Below are positions 32,001 through 43,198 of a DNA stretch of 64,000 nt, one piece after another (within the stretch, counting starts at the first letter, position 1; each line of letters opens with the position of its first letter). The notes below the pieces were generated by a model. The model searched no databases and had not been told where the DNA came from. It saw nothing but the letters and a program-made list of their open reading frames with translations. Both the position numbers and the translations under genes were made by a program. Source of the DNA: Candidatus Latescibacterota bacterium (GTDB lineage: Bacteria > Latescibacterota > UBA2968 > GCA-2709665); the NCBI GenBank assembly GCA_965219455.1, contig OZ244744.1, positions 2,784,001 through 2,848,000 on the forward strand, given 5' to 3'.

Positions 32001-34385
32001 AAGTTGAGCCGTGAATGGGAGCGCATCATGCGCCACGACTTCCGTCCGGTGCTCGAACCCGCGCTGGAAGCCATTTACGCGGTGGAGACGACGGGTAAGA
32101 CCGCCGGTCTGGAACGCGCCTTGCATCACCTCGCCGCCGAAGCCGAGCGCATCGCCGAGACATACGCGGATATGGGCGCCGACCACGCGGGACCGCTGTT
32201 CAACCGCGTCATGGGCAACCAGGCATCGGATGGCGCGTTTTTTACCAGACCCGTCGCCGCGTCGCTTGCCGCGCGGCTGACGCTGGATGTATGCGGAGAC
32301 CAGGATTGGTCCGACCCTGAAGTTTGGAAGCGGCACAAGACCATTGATTTGGCCTGCGGCAGCGGCACTCTGCTTGCCGCTCTGCTCTCCGACATGAAGC
32401 GCAGAGCGGCGGAGAATGGCGCTGACACGGAAACCCTGACCCAGCTTCAGAAGTTGGCAGTTGAGGATGTCATCAAAGGATTGGAAATCAATCCCGTTTC
32501 CCTCCAGCTCGCTGCGTCCCAACTGACGGCTGGCAACCATAGAGTCAGCTACCGCAGAATGGGACTTCACCAGATGCCCTACGGCCCCGACAGGGACAAT
32601 CCCGGCAGGGTACTGGTGGGAACGCTCGAACTGCTGGGGCAGAAGTCGATTGTTAGCAGAGAAGGCGAACTGGAGCTCGGCGACGACGACATCGGCTCGC
32701 AGGCAACATGGGCAACAACCGACGACGCAGACCTTGAAGACGCGGTGGACGCGGCGCGGGATGCCCGCATCGTCATCATGAACCCGCCGTTCACCAATCG
32801 TGCCAATATGGGCGAGAAATTTCCGAAGGAGACGCAGAACATGCTCCGCGCCCGCGCGGACTCAATGGAGCAGATACTCATTCAGGCTGACACGGACCTA
32901 GCGGAGTTCGTTGATAAGAACTCGATTGCGCCTCTATTTGTTGCCGTGGCGGATCATAGTCTTGAGCAAGAGAATGGCGTTCTGACTATGGTTCATCCGA
33001 CAATCGCTCTGAGTAATCCGTCAGGGCATGAAGAACGCCGCATCCTCGCCCAGCGCTTCCACATCCACACCGTGTTAACTTCCCACCAGCCTCAAAATAT
33101 CAACATGAGCCAGCATACGAGCATCAACGAGAGCATCGTTGTGATGCGGCGGCACGCCGGACACAAACAACCAACACGGTTCATCAATCTTGACAGAATG
33201 CCGGTGGACGACGCGGAGATTGGCGATTTTTATCGGTGTCTGCTGGACTGTAAAGAAGGGTTGATGGAGAACGGATGGGGTGAGGTGTCGTACTGGCCTG
33301 CCGAGCGAATCGAGGCCGGCGACTGGACTGCGGCAATATGGCGCTCACCTGAATTAGCGAAGGCCACCATACAATATGCCAGCCTTCGAGACCTGCTGGC
33401 AATAAAAGACTTGCCTGACTACATCGTGCGTCAATCTGGAAGAAGAGTTAGCGAGAACATGGAAAGAGCAAGTCAATTCGATGCAGGTAGCACACCCATA
33501 CTATATGGGAAAGGCGCAGATGCTCAAACGACCATTGAGGGTCAACCCGACGAGTATTGGATTGCCCAAAAAGGACGTGAATCCCAAACAGAACATTACC
33601 TCGAATGGAAATCTCATCTTCTGATAACGGAAGGTCAACGTAACAACACAGCGCGACTCACGGCTGTCGCTGCAAACGAAAAATACATTGGCGGCGGATG
33701 GCATCCCGTTACAGGAATGTCTCCTGAAGAAGCGAAAGCTACTGCTGTGTTTATCAACTCCACTCTTGGACGTCTTCAGGTGATGCGAAACGCGGGTCGA
33801 ACCATAGAGTTCCCAATATATCGTCCTGCGGGCATTGAAAACGTCAGAATCCCTGACAACAAGGATGAGCGTATCCGCAACATCCTTGCCAATTGCTGGG
33901 AGCGCACGAAGGACATGGAAGTTCCGCAGTTCCGCGACGGCGAATGCGAAGTGCGCCGCCTGTGGGACGAGGCAGTAGCCGATGCGATGGGCCGGGACGC
34001 GGACGAACTAACTCGCCTCCGCCTGCTGTTGCACCAGGAGCCGCATGTGCGCGGGTTGGGATACGGGCAATACGCCGACGAAATCGACATTGAGCCGGCC
34101 GACCGTGAACGCTTTACGGAACTCGCCGACCTGTGGGAAAATGAAACCGTATTCCTGTCGAATCCAGACCGCATAGCCGAACACCGAGCTCACCGGGAAA
34201 TCGTCAGCATGGGCGAATCGGCAGTGCCGCTGATTCTGCAACGGATGCAGGCGCAGGGCGGGCACTGGTTCTACGCGCTGCGCGCCATCACCGGCGCCAA
34301 TCCCGTAAAACCAGACGACAGAGGCAAGGTTGCAGTAATGCAGCAATCCTGGCTGGAGTGGGGCAAAGCAAATGGATACGCCTAG
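29064..34385 (+). CDS. Type ISP-like restriction-modification enzyme (Mrr-like nuclease + SF2 helicase + N6-adenine MTase + TRD) with an extra C-terminal domain
   Basis: GIDAVA...VQCK; PCGTGKT, DEAH, TATP, QAVGRAMR; GAFFTRP, DLACGSG, NPPF. ATG at 29064 after AAGGA. Confidence 0.85.
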   Translation: MQNEKATEVIETAIKKTAEMNPQETDGAWLEVVTVESGPFIKEWDIAKCWHWDEWPYRETHFPNTTKLDVGIDAVAVRRSDGEHIAVQCKSRQLDDEGRGSPIHNTEVAKFAAASASEFWAERWVVTNGDNPLASGAAQSASMHGKPLKLVNITNDLHQQWQSIAASEECEHCTNPDNEDAIQTKSCMQNEAVANSVRILKEQERSESAGLPLGEARGRIILPCGTGKTRISLRVMEELTPPGELSIVLCPSIALVAQIRREYLQNTAVPIDVLAVCSDVTAGYDPKKEGKRNATFDPTVDNSNVSASEVKGRVTTDAGEIADWMRQSDIDNGIKVLIGTYQSSGRVSEALLSAGVRARVMIADEAHRTAGLKRKNSKSAAANEEEKRLRDFTICHDSDRFPAAYRVYQTATPRIYDGKRATGNPNWIVRSMDDETTFGVELYRKSYLEAVRNRWLSDYRIIAMGINDPEAFETANILAKNTMSKGRGKLTTTDYLRGLAYALTMGGATQGDDVDIRSCIAFMNTVDKSRNMAADLQTDSVKEWVSRWLDENADGRAASDYNLEHLDASSNAAARETAKGRLASADAENPHGIINVGIFGEGTDSPSLSAVAFLEARKSPIDVVQAVGRAMRTAPDKDMGYIVCPILIPPTADPEKWLSNSDCEEGWKELGQILLALRAHDQRIEENLEELLHLYIPKPPPVERTLVAVATGEGNRIQYGEVEGSPGAAQEAVEQALKGKTRAESGIRRISETPADFQAQDSAKSASGIPRISETPVNYCTVEITQVLTGKKNDDGSIELRADSVNRDKPDAGEARGVVNIQKTKAKARKMINTGEGGIRVQPGSHRKPRKTAKERAEEKGQVMLKLSGLEAHGSAIKMNLLAKSGLSDNRVMRDLNILEASVTEAAHHMRADGLLTALNRHFGLDRLKKTDKKQADGCTVAALLMMNAAMLHQRIANGGWLSGISDLSLVKNEVNVVRKLSREWERIMRHDFRPVLEPALEAIYAVETTGKTAGLERALHHLAAEAERIAETYADMGADHAGPLFNRVMGNQASDGAFFTRPVAASLAARLTLDVCGDQDWSDPEVWKRHKTIDLACGSGTLLAALLSDMKRRAAENGADTETLTQLQKLAVEDVIKGLEINPVSLQLAASQLTAGNHRVSYRRMGLHQMPYGPDRDNPGRVLVGTLELLGQKSIVSREGELELGDDDIGSQATWATTDDADLEDAVDAARDARIVIMNPPFTNRANMGEKFPKETQNMLRARADSMEQILIQADTDLAEFVDKNSIAPLFVAVADHSLEQENGVLTMVHPTIALSNPSGHEERRILAQRFHIHTVLTSHQPQNINMSQHTSINESIVVMRRHAGHKQPTRFINLDRMPVDDAEIGDFYRCLLDCKEGLMENGWGEVSYWPAERIEAGDWTAAIWRSPELAKATIQYASLRDLLAIKDLPDYIVRQSGRRVSENMERASQFDAGSTPILYGKGADAQTTIEGQPDEYWIAQKGRESQTEHYLEWKSHLLITEGQRNNTARLTAVAANEKYIGGGWHPVTGMSPEEAKATAVFINSTLGRLQVMRNAGRTIEFPIYRPAGIENVRIPDNKDERIRNILANCWERTKDMEVPQFRDGECEVRRLWDEAVADAMGRDADELTRLRLLLHQEPHVRGLGYGQYADEIDIEPADRERFTELADLWENETVFLSNPDRIAEHRAHREIVSMGESAVPLILQRMQAQGGHWFYALRAITGANPVKPDDRGKVAVMQQSWLEWGKANGYA

Positions 34386-34824
34386 ATGGGCGCAGATGCT
34401 CATCGAAGCATTCCCCAATCTGTCCGAAGAGGACTTTGATATCGTAGAGCAGTCCTCGGAACGGTACAATTGCATCGCATACGCCGCTGGAGACGTCACC
34501 GAATGGTGGTGGCCCAACGCAAATAGCTACTGGCCTCCATGGGCGACGGACGACAACAGGATAGAGAGCCTGAAGGAAGTGTTCGCCGGATTGGACTACG
34601 AACAATGCGACGACAGTAAAGCCGAAGATGGCTACGAAAAGGTCGCGTTATACGAAATCCAGGGCAGATTTGAACATGCGGCAGCGCAGATGCCCAACGG
34701 ACGCTGGCGCAGCAAAATGGGAAAAGGCCCTGTGATAGAACACCTCAGCCCTGAGTCGCTTTCCGGTGGAATGTACGGCAATCCGACAATCTACATGCGA
34801 AGAGCGCTCAACGCTCCAGTTTGA
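34372..34824 (+). CDS. Conserved hypothetical protein with papain-like Cys/His pattern (DUF7689-like, recalled)
   Basis: YNCIAYA, WWWP..YWP, HAA.Q..GRWRSKMG..IEH; overlaps the upstream stop. Confidence 0.65.
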   Translation: MDTPRWAQMLIEAFPNLSEEDFDIVEQSSERYNCIAYAAGDVTEWWWPNANSYWPPWATDDNRIESLKEVFAGLDYEQCDDSKAEDGYEKVALYEIQGRFEHAAAQMPNGRWRSKMGKGPVIEHLSPESLSGGMYGNPTIYMRRALNAPV

Positions 34825-35049
34825 GAAACCCTGAATCTCAGACGCGGACCACAATTTCGTGACGAATCGCGCAACTGACGTGTTTACTGGTCGGCGGTTG
34901 ATGGGGCGGCGCAGAGCGAGTAGAAGAAAGAGGTGGCAAGGGGCGGAATCACGCACCGGAAGGCGCCGATGCGAAAGGCGAATTGTCTCGCAGTTTCGTC
35001 ACTTGATCGCGGAACAGCCGGAAGATAAATCGGACGGGCGTAACCGACT

Positions 35050-35092
35050 CCAAAAAGAAGGGCCGTGTGACTCACACGGCCCTTCTTTTTGG
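35050..35092. terminator. Bidirectional intrinsic terminator
   Basis: Perfect 20-bp stem CCAAAAAGAAGGGCCGTGTG-act-CACACGGCCCTTCTTTTTGG. Confidence 0.8.
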
Positions 35093-35243
35093 GGAAAGCG
35101 GAGCGGAGAAACTCAGGAATATCGGGTGGGACATCGAGAATGTGGTACGCCTGACGATTTCCGATTTCACCAGTTCGGGATATATACAACAAAACTGTTG
35201 TATGTTAAATTTGCATCAGTCTCATCCCAAAAAGGAGCTGGCG

Positions 35244-35540
35244 ATGAACTCAGCAACTGGCCGTTGGGTAAGCGGCGAAGACTTTTTCAATCGTGATGGT
35301 GAATTGCAAATACTGGAAACTCTGGTCCGAGAACGCAACCACGTGTTGCTTACTGGACAGCGGCGAATGGGAAAGACCAGCATCGTAAGGGAACTCGGAC
35401 GCAGGCTCGAAGACGACGACGATGGTCACCGCTTTGCTTCACGTTTGCTGAAAGATTGGTGGACGGCCCGCTTCCGAGATCATCATATCCCCATCCGACG
35501 CCGGTTTACTGACAATAATTCGGGGGAGATAACCCAATGA
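35244..35540 (+). pseudogene. P-loop ATPase gene with a large in-frame internal deletion
   Basis: G.WVSGEDFFNR and Walker A GQRRMGKTS run straight into a C-terminal-type motif (GHRFASRLLKDWW); no Walker B; 98 aa. Confidence 0.65.
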
Positions 35541-38314
35541 CCGGATCGAAACCAACGAATCAGACCGTCAGTCGCCCAATCCGAAAATTCAATCCGGGAA
35601 CGTTTCAATCCGACGAAGAGGTGATCGAGCAGTTCGTCGTTCGCAAGCGCGAACTTGACACCGTACTCGAGGTCCTCCGTGGAAACGTTGACTCGGCGTC
35701 GTGCCAGCACGTCATGGTTGTGGGCCCTCGTGGTCGCGGAAAAACCATGCTCCTGGTCCGTACCGCCGCAGAATTGAGAACTGACCAGCAACTCGCGAAA
35801 TGCCTATTCCCGGTGCGGTTCATGGAAGAGAGCCAGGAGATCTTCAACGTCGCCGATTTCTGGCTAGAGACGCTGTTCCATCTGGCAAGGGAGGCTGCGG
35901 AACATCATCCATGCCTATCACGGGATCTGCGTGAGACATACGGCGACCTGTCTTCCCGTTGGCGTGAACAATCGCACGAGGCGCTCGCCCGCGCCGCCGT
36001 TCTGGAGGCAGCGGATCGGCTGGACAGGAAACTCGTGCTCATGGTCGAGAACCTGCAATCGCTATGCGAGAACGTGGACGAGGATTTCGGCTGGAAGCTT
36101 AGAGGGGCGCTTCAGTCGGAACCCCAGGTCACGTTGCTTGCCTCCTCAACGAGTCGATTCGAGGGTCTGGACGACGCGGAGCAGCCCTTTTTCGAACTGT
36201 TTCGAACCATCAATCTGCAACCGCTGGCAACGGAAGAATGCCGCCTTCTCTGGAATGTCGTGAGCGGAGATAGGGTGAGTTCTCGGGAGATCAGGCCGCT
36301 CCAGATCCTGACCGGCGGCAACCCACGCCTTCTGGTTATCATTGCGGAGTTCGCGAGGCACAGATCCCTGCGCCTGCTGATGGAAGAACTCGTTACGCTG
36401 ATTGACGAGCACACGGAGTATTTCCGCGGACACCTGGAGGTTTTTGCGAAGACCGAACGGCGTGTTTACATCTCGGTGATAGACCTCTGGCAGCCGTCGA
36501 GCGCCGGCGAGATTGCGGCGCGCGCCCGCATGGACATCCGAAAAGTATCGACAATGCTAGGAAGGTTGGTCGAGCGGGGCGCGGTCATCGTGGAGGGCAG
36601 TGGCAGGAAAAGACTGTACGCCCCATCCGAGCCGCTCTACAGCATCTATTACAAGCTGCGGCGCGAACGCGACGAGGCCGCCATAGTGGAGAATCTGATT
36701 CAATTTATGGTTGCGTTTTACGACATTGGCGAGTTGGACCGGATTCGTGAACAGTTATACTCCGAGGCAATCGGTTCAGATGTCATTCACGCCGGATTAG
36801 ACCGCGCGCTAGCTAAAATTCCACCTGCCGACGACAGTCGCTCCGAAAAGAAATGGGATTTCGTTAAAGACGCTACGGTTAAGGTTGAGATCTATCATCA
36901 AGAAATGGCTGAAAGACGGCTTGACGAAGATATCGAGGACGCGTTTCAGGAACATGCGTGGCAGAGAGTCATCGAAATCGCGGACGAGGTGTTCACGTCC
37001 CCGAACGCAGAATCGCGGCAACTGTCAGAAGTATTCATCGCCCGCATTTTGCATGCGAAGGCCTTCGCTTACGAGCAACTTCGAGATTTTCACGCGGTTA
37101 TCGCAGCGTGCAATGAGCTGGTCAAGCGCTTTGGCGAAAGCGGTGAGCCGGAAATTCGGACGCGGGTCGCTGCTGCGTTGTTGGATAAGGGGAGAGCGAA
37201 ACAACATTTGGGCGATACGGAGGGCGCCGCTGTATACTACGATGAGGTCGTAACGTGCGGCAGGGAAACCAAAGTACCAAGTCTTCAGTGGTTGGCCGTA
37301 CCGGCATTGCATTACAAGGGAGGAGCAAGAAAGGAACAGGGTGATCTGCAGGGCGCCATTGCGGCGTTCGACGAAGTGGTCGAACTCTATGGCGAAAACA
37401 ACGTGCCGGATCTTCAGTTTTGGGTTGCAGCGTCGTTGGTCCACAAAGCAGAAGCGATCAAAGAACAGGGCGATACGGCCGGAGCCGTTGCATTAAACAA
37501 CAACGTGATTGAACGCTACGCTGACAGCACCATTCCGGAGGTCCAGGAATGGGTTGCCGCCGCTCTGATCGACAAGGGTAGAACGGAAACGCAACTAGGC
37601 GATTTGGAGGGAGCCGTTGCAAACTTCCAGGAGGTGGTCGAACGATACGGCGACGGCGATGCGTTGGGTCTTCAGAAGTATATCGCCGGGGCGTTGATCG
37701 ATAAGGGAAGAACGAAAAAGGAATTGGGTGATGCGGAGGGAGCCATTGCGTCGTGGGACGATATGGTTGAGCGTTATGGTGACAGCGATGTATCGGATCT
37801 TCAGAGGTTTGTTGTCGGGGCGTTGGTCGACAAGGGAAGATGCCAGGCCGAAATGGGTCGTGCAGATGAAGCGCTGCGCGTGTGTGAGCAACTCGAAAAA
37901 AGAGTCCACGCTCTGCCTGATAATGGGAGCGGCCAAATTGTGTGGCAGGCACGGTGTATACGGGCTCTGGCGCTGATGGTACGGAATGAGAGTGTCGCGG
38001 CTATGGAAGTGTTTTGCTCCGTGTATGCCGCGGTTCCTCCTGACAACGAAGTTGGATTGAACTGGATGCTTTGGATTGTGCCCAACCTGGTCGCTGCCGG
38101 TGCTGAGGAGCGTGAGCTTGTTGCAATCCTGTTGAGTGATCCCGCGAAATCCGCTGCACTGGCGCCCCTCATCGTCGCCCTTCGCGAGCGACAGGGCGAG
38201 ACGGTCCGCGCACCTGCGGAAGTTCGAGAGGTCGCCGGGGATGTGCGAGAACGCATTGAGGAACGCGTAAAGTGTTGGGAGGAAACTACAACAGATTCCG
38301 CGGCCGTTGGATAA
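35537..38314 (+). CDS. STAND-like NTPase + winged helix + TPR-like repeat protein
   Basis: GPRGRGKT, LMVENL, TGGNPRL, wHTH region, several ~45-aa repeats (AL.DKG....LGD.EGA.A...VVERYGD). Confidence 0.8.
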   Translation: MTGSKPTNQTVSRPIRKFNPGTFQSDEEVIEQFVVRKRELDTVLEVLRGNVDSASCQHVMVVGPRGRGKTMLLVRTAAELRTDQQLAKCLFPVRFMEESQEIFNVADFWLETLFHLAREAAEHHPCLSRDLRETYGDLSSRWREQSHEALARAAVLEAADRLDRKLVLMVENLQSLCENVDEDFGWKLRGALQSEPQVTLLASSTSRFEGLDDAEQPFFELFRTINLQPLATEECRLLWNVVSGDRVSSREIRPLQILTGGNPRLLVIIAEFARHRSLRLLMEELVTLIDEHTEYFRGHLEVFAKTERRVYISVIDLWQPSSAGEIAARARMDIRKVSTMLGRLVERGAVIVEGSGRKRLYAPSEPLYSIYYKLRRERDEAAIVENLIQFMVAFYDIGELDRIREQLYSEAIGSDVIHAGLDRALAKIPPADDSRSEKKWDFVKDATVKVEIYHQEMAERRLDEDIEDAFQEHAWQRVIEIADEVFTSPNAESRQLSEVFIARILHAKAFAYEQLRDFHAVIAACNELVKRFGESGEPEIRTRVAAALLDKGRAKQHLGDTEGAAVYYDEVVTCGRETKVPSLQWLAVPALHYKGGARKEQGDLQGAIAAFDEVVELYGENNVPDLQFWVAASLVHKAEAIKEQGDTAGAVALNNNVIERYADSTIPEVQEWVAAALIDKGRTETQLGDLEGAVANFQEVVERYGDGDALGLQKYIAGALIDKGRTKKELGDAEGAIASWDDMVERYGDSDVSDLQRFVVGALVDKGRCQAEMGRADEALRVCEQLEKRVHALPDNGSGQIVWQARCIRALALMVRNESVAAMEVFCSVYAAVPPDNEVGLNWMLWIVPNLVAAGAEERELVAILLSDPAKSAALAPLIVALRERQGETVRAPAEVREVAGDVRERIEERVKCWEETTTDSAAVG

Positions 38315-38672
38315 TGAGTCGGGGAAACCGCTGGATTTGCTCGGGATGGTCGGGAATTGTCTTAAACGGTGATTTCGTCTTGTCTACGTCCAACGGGGTT
38401 GACAGTTGTGGATTTATGCAATAGATTTCGGATAGGAATATCCGTTGTGACACGAAGCAAGGCATTTGACGTGGATTATTCACGAAAGCCCGTGCTTTTT
38501 GTTGAATAATTGGCTGTTTTTCGACAATGAAGCGGCAATTCTTGCACTTGTGGAATCGAGTTGATCGTCGTTGTGTGGCGCGGCTTATGGAAGAAGGTTC
38601 GTTGCCGTCGTTCATATCCGGGAGCACTATTCCCGCATTTGGTCTTTATCCTGTTTATCCTGTCCATCCATG

Positions 38673-40651
<1,979 letters not shown>

Positions 40652-41052
40652 TAAGGTCTGTTTTCTGAAATTAACAGGATTTAAGGAGTAACGCCATGCG
40701 CCAGTTTCTTGTCCCGGCCGTCTGCACGGCGCTGGTTTCAATCGGACCGGCCCTTGCCGAGGAAATTGACCACCGCCGAGGGGAAGCGCTCTTGCAAAGC
40801 CGAAGGTGCGGCATCTATCTCTACAGGATGCGGGCCGCCAATTTTTCCGCATCCAAACGAATGATGCTATTGAAATAAGCAAGCCGGATGGTTTTAAGGG
40901 GTTGTCGGGGCCGCCACCGATCGGGAGGCGGCCTTTGCCTTTCGATTCCCCCGCCGAATGGGGACGGGGGTTCTGTCTATATTCACGTCGGAGTTACCGG
41001 TACGCATTTCGCCCGGTGGGTCGCCCCGATCGATCAACGAAAGGAAGGATGA

Positions 41053-41958
41053 ATGTCACGATTAGCCGGAATCACTTTAACGGTTCTGATTGCGCTGGGT
41101 ATCCTCACGCCGGTCGGCGCTGAGACGCCTGACTTCTATGCGCACTGGGGGGACGGTAAAGCGGAGATCTCCAGCTATCGCGTGGTGCAGCCGCGTTACG
41201 GAGAGTCGCGCGAGGGCTACGGCGTCCTTATTTTTGTCACGGAAGACCTGAACCGGAATACCTATATCAAGGTCGAATCGCCCACACCGAGTTCGGACAG
41301 GGTCTACGTTCTGAAATTGAACAACGTTTTGAAGTTCACCACCGGCATTTACGACTACTCCGTGATGACCTCAGTTTTCAGCGCCGTTGAGGGTTTCAGG
41401 GGTACGAAGCCGTTCGAACTGATGAAAGTCAATCTGAGTTCGCAGGAATGGTGCGGGCATATATTCGATGAGGTTCGCGTGGCTGACGGCGGGGTGCGCG
41501 GCGCCCTGAACAGTTACTTTGAACGGGAAGGCCTGCGTTCATACAGCCTGGTTATCCCTGAAGGCTTTCAGAGCGAAGACCATCTGCTCATTCAAATCCG
41601 GGAACTCAAAGGCCCCGTGATGCAGGCCGGCGAATCGCGGTCGATCCGGCTTCTGCGCAGCCTCTGGTCATTCCGGACGCGGCACCGACCCCACGCCCTT
41701 GTGGATGCGCGCTTAAGCAAAGGTACTGAGGAGGCGATTACCGTATCAAACAAGAGCTACGAAGCCATTCCATGGCGCTGGGAAACGGACCGGTGGAACA
41801 CAACGGTCTGGGTGGAAACGGCGTACCCTCGCCGCATTCTGAAATGGGAGGACGCGTTGGGCGGACGCGCGGAACTGATGGTGACCGTCCGCGAACCCTA
41901 CTGGCGGCTGAAAACCGGGCAGGACGAAGTCTACCGGCAGCGGCTGGAGATACCCTGA
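41053..41958 (+). CDS. Conserved exported hypothetical protein
   Basis: Signal peptide; WGDGKAEI..Y, IFVTE, TGIYDYS.M, SQEWCG; AAGGAAGG RBS. Confidence 0.7.
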   Translation: MSRLAGITLTVLIALGILTPVGAETPDFYAHWGDGKAEISSYRVVQPRYGESREGYGVLIFVTEDLNRNTYIKVESPTPSSDRVYVLKLNNVLKFTTGIYDYSVMTSVFSAVEGFRGTKPFELMKVNLSSQEWCGHIFDEVRVADGGVRGALNSYFEREGLRSYSLVIPEGFQSEDHLLIQIRELKGPVMQAGESRSIRLLRSLWSFRTRHRPHALVDARLSKGTEEAITVSNKSYEAIPWRWETDRWNTTVWVETAYPRRILKWEDALGGRAELMVTVREPYWRLKTGQDEVYRQRLEIP

Positions 41959-41980
41959 TCCACCTATTGGAGGACGGAAA

Positions 41981-42730
41981 ATGGAACCGGTCGATCAGGC
42001 GCGTGAAGCCATTGAACAGAGCGATATCAAAAGGTTGGAGGCGTTGATCGCATCGCATCCTGGCCTGCCCAATCTCAGGTCGGAGGACAACGATCGCACG
42101 CTCTTGCATACGATTGCGGATTATCCCGGGCACAAACCGAAGGGCGTGGAGATGGCCCGGCTGGTCGTCGACGCGGGAGGCGACGTGAACGCGCGTTTTC
42201 AGCACGGGCAGGTTGAATCGGTGAAGGAGACGCCCCTGCACTGGGCGGCCAGCAACGACGACATCGACCTGGCGGAACTGCTGCTCGATGAAGGGGCGGA
42301 AATCGATAGTGACGGCGGCGTCATTGCAAACGGGACGCCGATATGGAATGCCGTCATTTTTCGCTGCATAAACGTCGCCAGACTATTGATCCATAGAGGC
42401 TCGTCGTCAAATCTCATGACTGCCGCGGGCGCCGGACGACGTGACCTCGTGGATCGGTTCTTTGACGATGAGGGAAACGTGACGGAACGTGCCGGGGCCC
42501 TGCCCTGCTGGGATGCGCCGAGACCGCCAAAGACGGCGCTGGACAGCGCGTTCGGTTTCGCGTGTCGAAACGGCCACACGACCATCGCCAGGATCCTCTT
42601 CGAGCGCGGCGCCGACCCGGGCTGGGTGAATCCGGCCGGTGAATCCGCGTTTCTTCAGGCGAAACGAGGCAATCACAAGATCGTCGTGGATTGGATGAAG
42701 GCGCGCGGCATCGCGCCGGACGGCGCTTGA
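41981..42730 (+). CDS. Ankyrin repeat protein
   Basis: TLLH, TPLHWAA..LLLD.GA.I, TPIWNAV. Confidence 0.85.
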   Translation: MEPVDQAREAIEQSDIKRLEALIASHPGLPNLRSEDNDRTLLHTIADYPGHKPKGVEMARLVVDAGGDVNARFQHGQVESVKETPLHWAASNDDIDLAELLLDEGAEIDSDGGVIANGTPIWNAVIFRCINVARLLIHRGSSSNLMTAAGAGRRDLVDRFFDDEGNVTERAGALPCWDAPRPPKTALDSAFGFACRNGHTTIARILFERGADPGWVNPAGESAFLQAKRGNHKIVVDWMKARGIAPDGA

Positions 42731-42802
42731 TTACCAATTCAGGGGCAAAGTGGAGTCAACTAAGCGGTTTTTCGAGATTCAACTCTTGTGTTTATTATTT
42801 GA

Positions 42803-42834
42803 TTGACAAACTTAGCATAACTAAATATATTTAG
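42803..42834 (+). promoter_or_regulatory. Sigma70-type promoter with overlapping palindromic operator, probably leaderless
   Basis: TTGACA (42803-42808), 17 bp spacer, TATATT (42826-42831); palindrome CTAAATATATTTAG (42821-42834); ATG 7 bp after the -10 box, no RBS. Confidence 0.7.
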
Positions 42835-42838
42835 CAAT

Positions 42839-43198
42839 ATGGCAAAGACGGAAGGAAAATTAGGCACGTTTCTCGCGTCGGCAAGAAATAAGCTCGAGTT
42901 GACGCTCCGGGCTGTCGAGGCAAAGACTGGGATCTCGAACGCCTATTTAAGCCAGTTGGAACACGGCAAGATAAAGGCGCCGGCCCCGCAGAATTTGTAC
43001 AAACTCGCCGAACTCTATCGTGTACCCTACGAACTATTGATGGAATTGGCCGGTTATCCAGTGCCAAATGCTGAATCCACCGAAGGTCGTTCATCTATCG
43101 ACAACTTCGCTGCTCGCATTGGAACTGTCACATTGGAAGAAGAAGAAGCACTCGTGGAGTACCTCCAGTTCATTCGATCGCGGAGGCGGAGGCGGTAA
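42839..43198 (+). CDS. XRE-family helix-turn-helix transcriptional regulator
   Basis: LTLRAVEAKTGISNAYLSQLEHGK...LAELY.V....LMELAGY. Confidence 0.9.
   Translation: MAKTEGKLGTFLASARNKLELTLRAVEAKTGISNAYLSQLEHGKIKAPAPQNLYKLAELYRVPYELLMELAGYPVPNAESTEGRSSIDNFAARIGTVTLEEEEALVEYLQFIRSRRRRR

Noticed and set aside
5889-33700. Numerous long antisense ORFs opposite real genes (e.g. 5889-6893, 25391-26701, 29550-30938)
   Set aside because: Typical of high-GC codon bias; no motifs, and they fully overlap well-supported genes.
37050-37900. DNA tandem repeats in the STAND gene as a separate element
   Set aside because: Explained by ~45-aa TPR-like protein repeats.
38300-38400. Possible MITE bounded by CCGTTGGA...TCCAACGG
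   Set aside because: Only an 8-bp inverted repeat and no clear target duplication.
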